DNA of 64,000 nt from Epithemia pelagica. Taxonomy: Eukaryota; Protista; Bacillariophyta. Made by a program: the position numbers and the translations under genes. The notes under the pieces were generated by a model. It was not told where the DNA came from. It saw nothing but the letters and a program-made list of their open reading frames with translations, and made no database searches. Positions within the stretch are counted from its first letter, which is position 1, and every line of letters begins with the position of its first letter. The DNA lies in contig OX337231.1 of NCBI GenBank assembly GCA_946965045.2, forward strand, positions 3,962,360-4,026,359, in the 5' to 3' direction. This document shows, one piece after another, positions 11,742-23,200 of the stretch.

Positions 11742-12677
11742 ATGATGATGTGTGATTGTGATTACTGTTACGAAAAGATGATCAGCTCCGAATGGGCTCT
11801 GTTAGTTGCTCCTTTTGTGACTCTCATACTGTGTTACGGTGTCGCTGATGTCCTCGATGAGGCGAAACTTATCGTCCAACACCTGTTTCGGGTCATTTTC
11901 AGCAAGAAAAGTCGTACTACAAGTAGCGAGCACGCGGAGCTTCGACACGAACATGCGGAGCTTCGACAGCTTCGACACGACAAAGCTCAGCTTCAACAAC
12001 AGCTGGCCATTGCCGAAGCAGAGCTTGCTGCGAAGAACTGCAAGAATGGTCGGCAGGAAGATGGAGAGATGGAGATTCGCGATCGCGAGGAGGCGGTCGA
12101 CGTCGACACTGTTGCTGTTCTGCCTTGCGAGTTCGACGCTGACTTGGACTTCCCTCCTCTCGCACTCGCAGACGATCTCGAGGACGACGAGGAGACCCCT
12201 CTGGTTCCAGTCGACCGTCCTGAGCCTGAACCCGCGCTCATCCCCGACGACGACGACGACGACGAGATCACTTTGGGGCACGACTCACCCCCTCGAAATT
12301 CCACCCCTTCTTCCATGGTCGCCACCCCTCCTTCCCCCACCCCCACCCTAAACGGCATGGATGAGAATGCCCCCCAACCCCAAAGCGTGATCGAGAGTTC
12401 CTCCGGCCCCGAGGACTCCCCGCGTTTGGGCAGGATCCTTGTTGTTGCCTACTCCAAAAAGGCACGCCGAATGGTGCACGTTCGACGATCCGCTCGTCTT
12501 TTGTCCGCGGGTACGGGTAGTGGTGCTGTTGAAAACAATCCAAAAAATCCAAAAAACCCAGAAAAAGCAAAAAAATCCAAAAAACCCAGAAAAAGCAAAA
12601 AAATCCAAAAATCCCAGAAAAAAACATGTCGGTTGTCGGTTGCTAGTGGTACGTGCGAACAGTCGTGTCGGTTATGA
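11742..12677 (+). CDS. Element-borne protein: N-terminal TM, heptad coiled coil, acidic/Pro-rich linker, basic RRSARL motif
   Basis: WALLVAPFVTLILCYGVADVL; EHAELRHEHAELRQLRHDKAQLQQQL; ILVVAYSKKARRMVHVRRSARLL. The frame is conserved in the diverged paralog at 52449..53414. Confidence 0.65.
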   Translation: MMMCDCDYCYEKMISSEWALLVAPFVTLILCYGVADVLDEAKLIVQHLFRVIFSKKSRTTSSEHAELRHEHAELRQLRHDKAQLQQQLAIAEAELAAKNCKNGRQEDGEMEIRDREEAVDVDTVAVLPCEFDADLDFPPLALADDLEDDEETPLVPVDRPEPEPALIPDDDDDDEITLGHDSPPRNSTPSSMVATPPSPTPTLNGMDENAPQPQSVIESSSGPEDSPRLGRILVVAYSKKARRMVHVRRSARLLSAGTGSGAVENNPKNPKNPEKAKKSKKPRKSKKIQKSQKKTCRLSVASGTCEQSCRL

Positions 12678-12904
12678 ATCTTTCCTTCTCAACCTACTCA
12701 CTCAATACCCCTTACCGATTGCTAAATTTTACTCCTACTCCTACATCAGCTGAGTCTAGCTAGAGTCCTTGTCGGAGACGTCCTTGTTGGTGGTCCTTGT
12801 TGGTGTGTCCGTTCGGTCGGTGTTATCACAAAACCCTGGTGGCATAAGGACTTGTCCTTGTGTCACCAGGTATCTGGCATGGAGACTTTGGTCTCTGTGC
12901 CAGA

Positions 12905-13400
12905 TAGAGATTAGGGCTACCTCTTGATTAGCCTACTCACCCTCTGGGCACTCGTGTTCAGATGGTGGGGAGTTTAGAGGCTCCTCTGATTGCCTCAGGA
13001 GTTACATACAATACGGCGTGAGGTGTGCCATATAGTCGCATGACAGGCGTCCATTGACGTCCTGTCGCCTCCACCGTTCAAATTGTATGTTCTCCTAGAG
13101 ATTAAGGCTACCTCTTGATTAGCCTACTCACCCTGGGCACTCGTGTCCAGATGGTGGGGAGTTTGGGGGCTCCTCTGATTAGCCTCAGGAGTACATACAA
13201 TACGGTCGCCTCGTCCTCCGTTCAAATTGTATGTACTCCAAGAGATTAGGGCTACCTCTTGATTAGCCTACTCACCCTGGGCACTCGTGTCCAGATGGTG
13301 GGGACGAGTTACGAGTTTGGGGTTTCCTCTGATAAGCCTCTGGGGTGTGCCATAGTGCCTGACAGGCGTCCATTGACGTCCTGTCGCCTCACCCGTTCAT
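12905..13400 (+). repeat. Imperfect tandem array (3 units starting at about 12905, 13097, 13241) of nested hairpins
   Basis: Each unit begins agagatta(g/a)ggctacctcttgattagcctactcaccc...gggcactcgtgt(t/c)cagatggtgggg. One unit has a perfect 14-bp stem GGAGTACATACAAT/ATTGTATGTACTCC. Confidence 0.85.
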
Positions 13401-13501
13401 TGTACAGCCGCGTTGACGTCGCGAGCGGGCTTTCCACCAAGAGCTGTACGCAACAGAGACTATGAGTGGTTGGGTCGATCGGTCCTTGTCGACACAAAGT
13501 A

Positions 13502-14000
13502 TTAGCAATCCAACACTCCAGCAAAGGCGCCATGAATAGCCGCCTGAGGCGACGACCACAGAGAATGAGAATGACTCATGCCTCCCGTATGAGGTGGTGT
13601 TACTGGTGATAGGTCCTGGTCGTCCGTCGGTTTCTCGGATAGGACATTGGGTGTTTGCGCGGCCAGTTTCCAATCGTCAGCATAATTACTTCGCAACCGT
13701 GCCACAATACGACTCAATCGTTCCATGGCAATGTCCAACACATTGGGTGAGACCCTGGCATAGTAAATGCGAAAAATGCCGGGTTCGACGTTGCGTTGAC
13801 TGGCACCGGGCGTCAAGACAACGCGGGCATGATGAAACAAAATGGTGGACAAGATTTCTTCCCATTCAAACGTCTTTTGCGGTAACAAGGACGAAAAATC
13901 GGCATAGACCAACATGCCTGCCACGGCCGGAATGTAGGGAATGACCATTTCGGTTAGTTTGGCCACACAGGTATCATCGCTAGCCTTGAGACGACGATGA
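13502..14000 (-). pseudogene. C-terminal fragment of a PLP-dependent class I/II aminotransferase (ACC-synthase-like)
   Basis: PAVAGMLVYADFSSLL...TFEWEEILSTILFHHARVVLTPGASQRNVEPGIFRIYYA...LDIAMERLSRIV resembles the ACS-like C-terminus. No intact N-terminal part upstream. Confidence 0.65.
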
Positions 14001-16417
14001 GAAGCAACCGAACAACAACATGCCGAGTGTAATCGAGCAAGAAGGGTGTCATGATGATATCGGAAGTTTTTAGCAAGACTTGGCAGAAACCTCCAAGGCA
14101 GAAAAGACAAAGAAACCAATGCGCCAGTACCACCAACCGACTGGATAGCACTCTAGCGATTCACACACGTGTGCCACGAACGAGAAACCGAATCGATTGC
14201 ACGCGGCCCTTGTCGATTTCTAGGTAGAGAAATGGCGTTCCCTGTCTCGATTCTATTTTTGGGGTCCTCCTCTCGTTTGTTCCAGGAACTTTCGCGCATT
14301 CTCATCCATTCCAGTAGGAGGATTCTTTGGGAAGGTGTGATGGAGAGAGAAAATGTCTCTCGGAATCATCGCTCCTGAGTTCCCATCCAAACGCAAAACA
14401 AACAAAGGCAAATTCGAGAGAGATTTGCTGCCCATGAGCCTCACACACACAAGTCGATCCAAGGAGGGATTGACACCAAAGAAGAAGAAAACCAGGAGAG
14501 TCACGGAACGAGTGGTGTACCGGTCTATTTATACGGTGTTGCCTTGTTTATTGGTGGACGACCGTGTGGTGACCTGCTCCCGTGTGTCTTGATCCTTTCG
14601 TGTGGTTGTGGTGGTGGTTGGTGTTGTTCTTGTCCTATTCGACACTATTGTTGCTTTGACATTCGTATCCATGTCCCAACCGCAATCCTCCCATTTCAAC
14701 AATGCCATGAAGAGCCGTTATTCGCATTGCCTTCCGTTCGATTCCAAAGGGTGGGCAAACACAGCTATGGAGAGAAAGAAGAAACCGCCACGTTTGATAC
14801 GCACAAGAGATCTTCGTTCGTTCGGGACGGTCATGGCCATGAGAAGAGTGCTTTGCAGTCAATCTAGGACTTGTGTATGTGAACACACTTCATAACTCTT
14901 CTACAGCCAAGGAGCGTAGAGGACGGAGACACGTACAGTGATGAGGTAGAGTCTCTGACGGAGGAGCTGCTGGGATATGATGAGATAAGTGCCTTGGAGG
15001 TCTTTGTTGATGCAGCTGGCGACGTATGCGGTCGTGTGCTGCGATTCATCTTGCTTGATGTTCTTTCAATGGACGTACGTTTGCTCGGGGATGAACGCTT
15101 GCCATTTCGCTGTCCACTGGGGTGGGCTGACATTGGCACGGTTGGCTCAGTGGAAGGACTTGAGGATGGTTTCCAATGTTCGTGGTCTTCAATCTTCAAG
15201 GTATCGACGTTCAAAATGACCAAGTGCAGCATGACGATGCTTGCCGTGACCAAACACAGTATGTTCGTGATGATGCATTCCAGCCCATGTCCGCAATTTT
15301 GCCCTGTGGCTTGACCAAAAGTATCGTTGCTGCGATCGACCACGAAATCATGAGAAGAAGTACTGTCCAGCGCGTAAACAACGAGCCAGACACTCTGTCA
15401 CAAATTGCGGGATCTTCGAAGATAGCACGACTCTGATGAAATGCGCGCTGGATCACAACTGCGGCAGCAGAGCGTTCATTCTCCTCCTGACGAGTTTTGA
15501 TCTTCTTCGCCACAGGACATCGATGGCGGTGGCAAGATCTTTGGTTCTAAAAGCCGTAGGCGGCCAAATGATCCGACGCCCGACACAGTGTTTGCAAATC
15601 GTCTCCCATGGGAATCCCTACATAGAGCGCAATCAAGTGTTGCAAGGCTTGTGTGGTCTCTTTCCCCACCCGCAACATGCCCAAAACACAGCACGATTGT
15701 TGTGGTTGGCCAACGTTTCCCCTGGTGTCGTCAGCCTTGGTGCTCAGAGCAACAGTGAACAGTTCCTCACCGCGGTTCTCCTCATCGTGAACATGTTGTT
15801 GTCGCTCGGAAAAGGCAATCCCCAACACAAATTCCATAAAGGCATGATAGACCGACAGCCGATGGTGCACATGATGCGACAAAGCCAGACAAAACTCATA
15901 GTCACCCTCCGGTGCCTCTCCGTGCGAACCAGCTTCATCGTCCAGGAATGACGACGACAGGAATGGGGTGGTGCCGCCGGTACTGTTGCACAGGCAATTC
16001 CAATCGTATCCATCCAACCAGGTTGGTGTCGATGCCACTGCCACGGTGGCCAGTTCCAAATCACGATTCAATCCATTCCGGCCTTCCCATAGCACATGAC
16101 CATTGGAGCGGATCGCCTGTTCCAGGGTGATTGTGGCAGATTGAGTTGTTGCAACAGCAATTCTTGTTGTCTTTCGTACTGTTGCAAGCGCAATTGTGGT
16201 TCTTGCGCCTTGGTCATGGCCAAGAAGACTTCCGTATTGGAATCAAAGCGAGGTGAAAAATCGTCGTGCAAGAAATTACCACCCACCGATACCCAAGCAA
16301 TGGCTAGGCGTGCATCGTGCTAGAGTTCGGGAAGATTCCAGTTGTGCACGGACCACAAACTAGGACGAGGCACCGCTGCACTTGAGGAGGATGTTGATGG
16401 AGTAAAAGAAGAGAAGG

Positions 16418-17251
16418 TCACGCCTTGTAGAACTGCTGGACCCGCTCGTCCTCCTCATTATCCTCCTCATTTGTCGACAGAGGCATTGTCTTGTGGTTCT
16501 TGCTAGTGTTGTGGTGTGTAGGAGATAAGGCCGTGGCCGTGGCGGTCATGATTTTGCGTCGCGTTTGTTGCACCACCTTTTCGAGACGATTCGGATCCAG
16601 ACTGCCAAAAAAGGTCCACATACGTTGGACACAAAAGGGTTTTCGATCCCAGACATGTTCGACATTGTCGTAGTGCGAAGGATGAAAGAGTTGAATCTTT
16701 TGATACTCGGTCGTTTCATCCGTCGTATCTTCCGGTGTCGGAGGAAGTAAGGGCACGACATGGGCCGCCAAATCCGTGGTTGTTGTTGCGGCAGTTTCAT
16801 TCGGGTCGTGGCCGTTGTTCTTGGTACAATAGTCTCGAAAAAAGAGTTCTTCGGCCAGGGCCAAATCATGTTGCAACAATTCAATGTTGGCCTGGGACGA
16901 CAAGAATTCTTGTCCCACTTGTTGTTCCTGATCCTGTCGTCGTCCTGTCCGTGTGGTATCCATGGCTGCTGGGGCCTTCTCGTCGTCGTTGTTGTTTGGA
17001 TTGTCGTTGTTCAGCAAGGAAGATTTGCCTTGTTTGGATTGATGAAAGGACTCACTCATAATCTTCCAGGTATCAGCTGCTATATTCGCATCGGTCTCTA
17101 TCTCTTGTGGAACAACAGGAGACACGAGGATGTCGGTTTCTCTTCTGCAAAAGTAGTAGTTGTTGGAGAGGCAGACGACGAAGAAGAAGAAGTGGCTTGT
17201 AGTGCAGGACCATTGGTGGAGGATGCCGTGTCGAGAATGGCCCCTCGACAA
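16418..17251 (-). pseudogene. Third partial copy of the 776-aa gene (middle part, novel C-terminus)
   Basis: Matches 27200-27845 (QANIELLQHDLA...FCVQRMWTFFGSLDPNRLEKVV...) and then diverges after PLST. Confidence 0.75.
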
Positions 17252-18349
17252 AAGAATCTTCGTGGAGTCGTTGGCGTGGAGTCTTTTTCTTTGGGACTGT
17301 TACTGCACCACCACTTTCGGGACGGATATCGCTGCTCTTGAATGACGATGGGCCATCTTTTCTTTCACTCACGACAGGATCTTCTTCTTCTTCGTCCTCT
17401 TGGTCCTTCTGGATGGCCGTGTTCATGGTGGTTTGCATTCCGAATCGCTTTCTCTCTCATTCAACGCGGATGAGAATGAGAAGAAGATATGATGCAATAT
17501 GCAATGTCTGTGTACAACGGGAGGGGCTGCTGTGGTCAGTGATTATGTGCATGACGCCTGTGTGTCGTCCGCCGTCCGCTGCTTCCCGGTTGCAGATCGA
17601 AGTATAGACTGTTCTCTAGCTAGCGGTATTATTCAAAGGTTCTTCTCGAGAAGAACTTGTTTAGAGGGATCCCTCTAAACAAGTTCCAAGGACAAGAGAT
17701 ACAGGTCACTTTGCTATTACAATACTGTTTCAAAACTATATGCTATAGTAGCATTGATGGCGCCAACTCAAGACTCGACTACGAGTATATAGCTGTCGTA
17801 GTCTCGCCTGTTGGATCGCCTTTTGACAAATAGATTGGAGGCCAGCAGCGCCTCTTCTCGAACAAGAATACTGTTGGACACACCAGTTCTTCATATTTCT
17901 ACACTGATGAGTGTGCACCAGTTCTTCATATTCCTACACTGATGAGTGTGCCTTCCTCCCATCTCAGGGGTGGCAACTGACAACTCTAGACGACGAGAGT
18001 CCGACCATTGACTCCCCAGCAAGACAGGCTCCCTCACAGATAACAAGCCTATACTGCAAAGCCAATGGATCGACACATGGCATGATGTTGCCATGCATTC
18101 ACCAGGAGAGCGCGCAGGATCATCAAACTCGGACGAAGGAGCATCTCCAACAAACCACACGGTACGTACGTCTCACTTGCGTACACTCAAGGCCACATCC
18201 ATTCATTTTCTTACAACGCAGGAGATAACAACGATGGTTGAAACAAGGAATCTTCTTGAACCAGTCTAGATGATTCGACCTCTCCATCCGGATCATTTTT
18301 GTTCCTGTCATGGCCATTAGTGCCATCCAGTTCCCCACACTGTTGTTTC

Positions 18350-19819
18350 TCAAAGACGATATCCTGGTCGTTGTCCTCCTGCATAGCCTCTCCCTTGCCA
18401 TCTTCCAATGCAATGGCTCTGGTTCCGACAGCCAAATTTTCCTGATGCAATGTCCAGGATTCTGGAGGAGGTTGTACTTGAGGACATATGCTCTGTCTCA
18501 CCCTCCTCCTTCTGGGAGTTAGAACGGACGTTTCCATCAAGATTCGTTGGCAGGACAAGCCGTTTTTCCTCATGTCGAATCATGTCCGGAGACACCTTGG
18601 GTGGAATGCGCGCGTCGCTGACGTGTACAAATTCCGGTTCCGGTTGCAATCGGTACAATGTAATATAGGTAAAGGCCAAATAAAAGGATTGCTCCGGCAC
18701 TTGTTGGCCATTGCCAAACACTTTGTTGTAATCATAGTTGCTGTACCCGTAATACGAATTGGAACTGAATCGTTGCAACAATCGTGATGTGTCGGTCGCA
18801 GATGTATCTCCTGTGTTGCTACTGCTCGCTGGTGGAACAAGGCCCAGTGGTAGATTGTTAGCCGTTTGAAACCGGAATCCATTATGTCGAACATCCTGTC
18901 CCACAAAAGCCGGTACATCGTCCAGGGTGATGGGCTCTTCTGTCGTCGTTTCGTCATTGGCCGTGTGAGTCGGCCTCCGACAATGGACCGGTTGGAACCG
19001 TTCAAAGGGTAATCGGACCGTGGTGAATTGATTTCGAGAAAACAAGACAGTTTGATTGCTTCCTGTGGTTGGCGTTGTTGTTTGTTTTTGTGGTTGTTTC
19101 GTGACGGTGGTTAAGTTGCAGACATATTCGATTCCCCTGGTATCGTACAAACCGGATGGCTTGGTAGGTGCCACCATCGGAGCAGACACGTAGGATGAAG
19201 CCACCAAATTGAGCCTTGGCCAAATCAATGCCTTGATCGGGTGCTCCGAGGGAACGCAACCGACTGCTGAAAATGGCCGCTTGGGAAAAGCGTGCATGAT
19301 TGGAGGATGAGGATAATGATGACGGTAGAAGTACGGGCAACCGGCAGACAAAGACACCATGATCAAACTTGTAGCGCATCCACTGCACTTGTCCCAATTG
19401 CGACGACGCCGACGACGAAGAAGAAGAAGATGATGATGAGATTGGTGTCGAGACATCAGTGTCATTGAATTCGGACCAGGACGAGTCCGTTTCGTCATAC
19501 GAATCGTTCGCATAATCCTCATAAAACACGTCTCGTCGTCGTGGATTGCGTACTTGCCGTTCTTGAGAAGATGACGGAGACGATTGTTTCCACCCGTGGT
19601 GGTTGGTCGAACACGTTTCGTCGTGGGTGCGGAAGAAGGTGGAGGCGCCGTTGTGTGAGGAGTACTCGTCGAGGAGGATCCTCCAGTTTCGGCCTTGCGT
19701 TTTCGCAAGGTGCGAGCGGCAAACTGTTCGGCTCGTTGTGCCGCCAAGCGTCGTTTTTCGGCCTGTTCGGCTCGACGACGCTGGGCTTCTTCCTTCGTTT
19801 CACCCGTGGCGTTGTTCAT
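18350..19819 (-). pseudogene. Chimeric ORF: MAN1-like N-terminus fused to a frameshifted CIA30-domain gene fragment
   Basis: The first ~75 aa are nearly identical to 4616..7507. CIA30-like motifs are split between frames: GIDLAKAQFGGFILRVCSDGGTYQAI (ORF 19002..19529) and IEYVCNLTT...QFTTVRLPFERFQP...FYLAFTYITLY (this ORF). Confidence 0.6.
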
Positions 19820-20173
19820 GATTCTTCTTCGTCACTGGATGAGGAGGATGAAGCTGATGCAATAATCGTAGAGTGGGATTGATGGGTTCGTTCAACAGCC
19901 GGAACAAAGGCGCGCAAGGCTCCAAGTGAAGCAAGAAATGCCGGAAGGTGCTCGTGCTGGTGCTTTTTGACAATGCCACTCTCTTTCGATCGATCCATCT
20001 GGCCGAGAGTACTTTTTGTCATGGTGTGGTGATGTCCACATCGTGTGTCTTGGAAAAGGTGGTGGATGCGCGCGTCTCCCTCCCAAATTCGCTCATTCCT
20101 CTCCTTGTCAATATCCATCTACTTTCTTTCTAGACTACGATCCATCCACATACCCCAACGAGAAGAAGCAAGC

Positions 20174-20213
<40 letters not shown>

Positions 20214-20257
20214 CAGAACGAAAAAATCTCTGTGGTTCCACAGTTGTGTTGTTGTTG

Positions 20258-23200
20258 TTTTTTTTTTTTTGTTTAGGTTACTGTCTATACGAAAGTGGGA
20301 CTCCTAAGCGGTCAGTTCACAAAGGAGTGGGGCGGTGTCCATATTGGGGACGAATTCTGCCATTGGGGCGGGGGAGTATATGGGTGTTACCGGCGCAAAA
20401 CACGGGGATGCCAAATTTTGCAATTGTGTGGTTATGAGTTTTTGTTTCGATTGGTGCTTCCGGATTGCACCTATGTTGTTGTTGGCGTGAGTCGCAAGTG
20501 CGGAGACGATGGCGTGGCCCAATGAAGCTTTTGCGAAGTGCCCGATGGAATATATGTGGGCTTCTGGGTAGCTGAATTTCTTGGTTTTGGCGTTGGCTGC
20601 CGTGAGAAGATTTGAAGGTGCTGCGGTGAATTCTTCGAAGAGTCGGAATGCCGATGGTTGTGGTTTACTTCGTTTTTGGTCCTTGCCGAAGTATGGGTTG
20701 TGCCATGGTGGTGGTTGTGTGGTTGTGAATAGATGCGGATGGTAGTCTGATGGGAACAAAAGGCGATCGGCGAAAGAACCGAGTCCTCCAAGATGATCAA
20801 CGGTGAAGGGAATCAAGTAAATTCCGTTGTCGAAGAGATGTTTGGCCGTGTCTGGGTCTCTGCAGAACTTAGCTCTTGCCGCTTCTTGATGCGTCCTGGA
20901 GGCCATTGAGGCAAGTGTGGTGTGGTCGGACGGGTCGAGAAGGGGCTGTGGCTGTGGCGGCGGCGGAATTGTGATGTCGATGGCGGCATAGTTGAAAGGT
21001 TCGTTCTTGTGTGGTTGTGAGAGAAGCATGCCGACGTCTGCCGGTCTAATATTTCTGTGATGTTGAGGTGCCAGTCCTGGAGGTTCAATGTGGACATCGT
21101 GTGGTGTGTCCACGGCTTCGGCAGCTGGAGCTATATGTTTCAGGACATCAAACAAGGTGTCCCGTATTGCGTTGGACAGAGGTGTCTTGGATGCTGCCGT
21201 GCACGAAAAAAGGTGGTCTCCCATGGGATCGATGGATTTTGTTTTGGAACAACGGCATTTTTGGGGCCAGTTTTGAGTTGGGTCGTTGACAAAAAGAGGG
21301 AGTCGCAGTTTGCGTTTGATTGCTGTCCGGAAAATTTGGTTTGTGTACCGGAATTTGGAGGCCGTGAGGGGAAGGGAGAGTGCCATGCTGGTCAGTGGAG
21401 ACAACAGGGCGGGAAGGAAAAGTCGTTGGTTTGGATCGGTTTCAACAATCAAACGTGGCAAAGTGTGTTCTTGCACGGTGTGCTTAAGGAGGCGGTTGTG
21501 GGTAGTCGGCTCGTATCTTGAAGGTACGAAAAGCGACTCTTCCGCTTGTTCGTTTGCGAAAAGTGATAATGCTTTTCTGAATTTTGTCATGTGTTCGTTT
21601 GTGCTGTCTTTCCAGGAAGTGAAATGTCGTTGGTGGACAGCGGGGATGGGGTTTTCTGTGGAAGACGCGAGATGGATTGCTCTGGCCGTTTGTGTGAGGA
21701 AATGAGGGTATGCAGCTGTTGCTGCCTGTTGATAGCCCAGGCCCCCTAGTCGTTGGGGCATGGTTGCTATGAGGGTGGAGGTCTCGGTGATTTGGTGCTC
21801 GGGTAGTGATGTTAGTTTTGCGAGGAATCTGGCGACGAGTTTTTCCGTCCGTTGTGTTGTTGGGCTTGTCCACAGGGTTGTCCTTGGATCTTGGTTCGGG
21901 TTGGCTAAAAGGATGTCAGATGGCAGGAGGTGCATGATGGACGAGATCATTGTGTATTTGAAGAGGCTGTGTTGTGTCTGGAGGTCGTTCAATTGGGTCA
22001 GACAGTCCATCTTGTTGTACATATTGTCGAGTTTTTGGTTGATGTATTGTTGCGCAAACGATTGGGACCCGATTGGTTGTCCGAGGAATCTCACTCCATG
22101 TGTTATTTCCGCTTTTTCAGGGTTGTCGGGTGAGAGAAATTCAAGAGCTTGTTGGAGGTTCCGTTGTTGGTCTGGCTTGAGGTTGTTGCTTGGCGAGATG
22201 CCAGTTGTTGAAGTAAGTATGGTTGTTTTGTTTTTGTTGAGGATAATTCCGAGTGGTTTGCCAAGCTCTTCGAAGCGTTGGAGAAACCAGAGAAGGTCAC
22301 AGTGGGGTAAGCAGACCGAAGTATCGTCCATGATCGATGCGGTGTGGCCGATGCCTCCCATAGTGTCGTCGTATGAGTCGTGGCTCACTTTTCTTTGTTG
22401 CGCTCGTTTCGCTTGCTCTTTATTGAGTTTGTTTGTCAACGCCAGGAGGACGAGACAGGAAAAAAGGGGGCTCAAGGGACACCCTTGAGGGAATCCCTCT
22501 TGGGTAAGGTATCTGGCGTTTTTATTTTCGTCGAAGTACCATTGGTTACATGGGCCGTTTGTCAGCAGATCAAACAGGGGGACAAGTTGTGTTGTGGCTT
22601 CGTCCTCCAGCAGTATTTTCCGCGCTTCGGTTCTGCTTACGTTATTGAACATGTTTGTAAGATCAAGCATCACCAGGGCTCTGGAGGGCGTGTTGTTGTT
22701 GTTGTCTGCGTTGTTAGTGTTTTCGCTGTTTGTTTGTCGTTCGATATATTCGTTTACCGCCATGGCGGTGGATTGTGCCACGAAATCGACTCCGCCAGGC
22801 GTTTGTATGCCGTACTGGCCTCCTTGCAACAAAAGCGGGCGTATATCATCGGTGAGTTGGACCAAAGCAGCTTTTGCGGCTACTCGTCGAATGGCTGTTC
22901 CAATGCCGATTGGTCTCAGGCGTTCGAGGTTGTTGATGTCTTTGTGCAGAGCGAGAAAATAATTGCTCGCGAGAATGGTTTGGATCGTTGGCGGAACCTG
23001 TGCTGTGACCACCAATTGGATCATTGATTTGATACTGTTGAAGTATGGCCGTGTGGCGTCGGGGGACCGGGTTGTTCTGTGTAACGCCATAGAGACGAGA
23101 ATGTCGGTGCTGGTGGAGAAAGGACCTGCGGCCGTTCCCGGCTTCATTTGCCGGAGTGCAGTTTCAAACATGTTGTCTTGAAGCTTGAGGTATTGTGCCG

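Larger units (their letters stand above)
11488..13400 (+). mobile_element. Unclassified repeated element, copy 1 (5' GC-rich short repeats, TM/coiled-coil ORF, A-rich tract, structured 3' region)
   Basis: Homologous to 52360-53975 from cccgacggttgattgttg to ggtctctgtgcca (12902), in unrelated flanking DNA. No RT, transposase or TSD identified. Confidence 0.55.

Noticed and set aside
12909-12916. TTAGGG hexamers inside the hairpin repeats as internal telomere seeds
   Set aside because: Single hexamers, one mutated to TTAAGG; expected by chance.
14864-16286. IQ-like motif (AAAVVIQRAF) and TM segments suggesting a channel pseudogene
   Set aside because: Fragments lie in several frames with no diagnostic pore or S4 motif; family cannot be supported.
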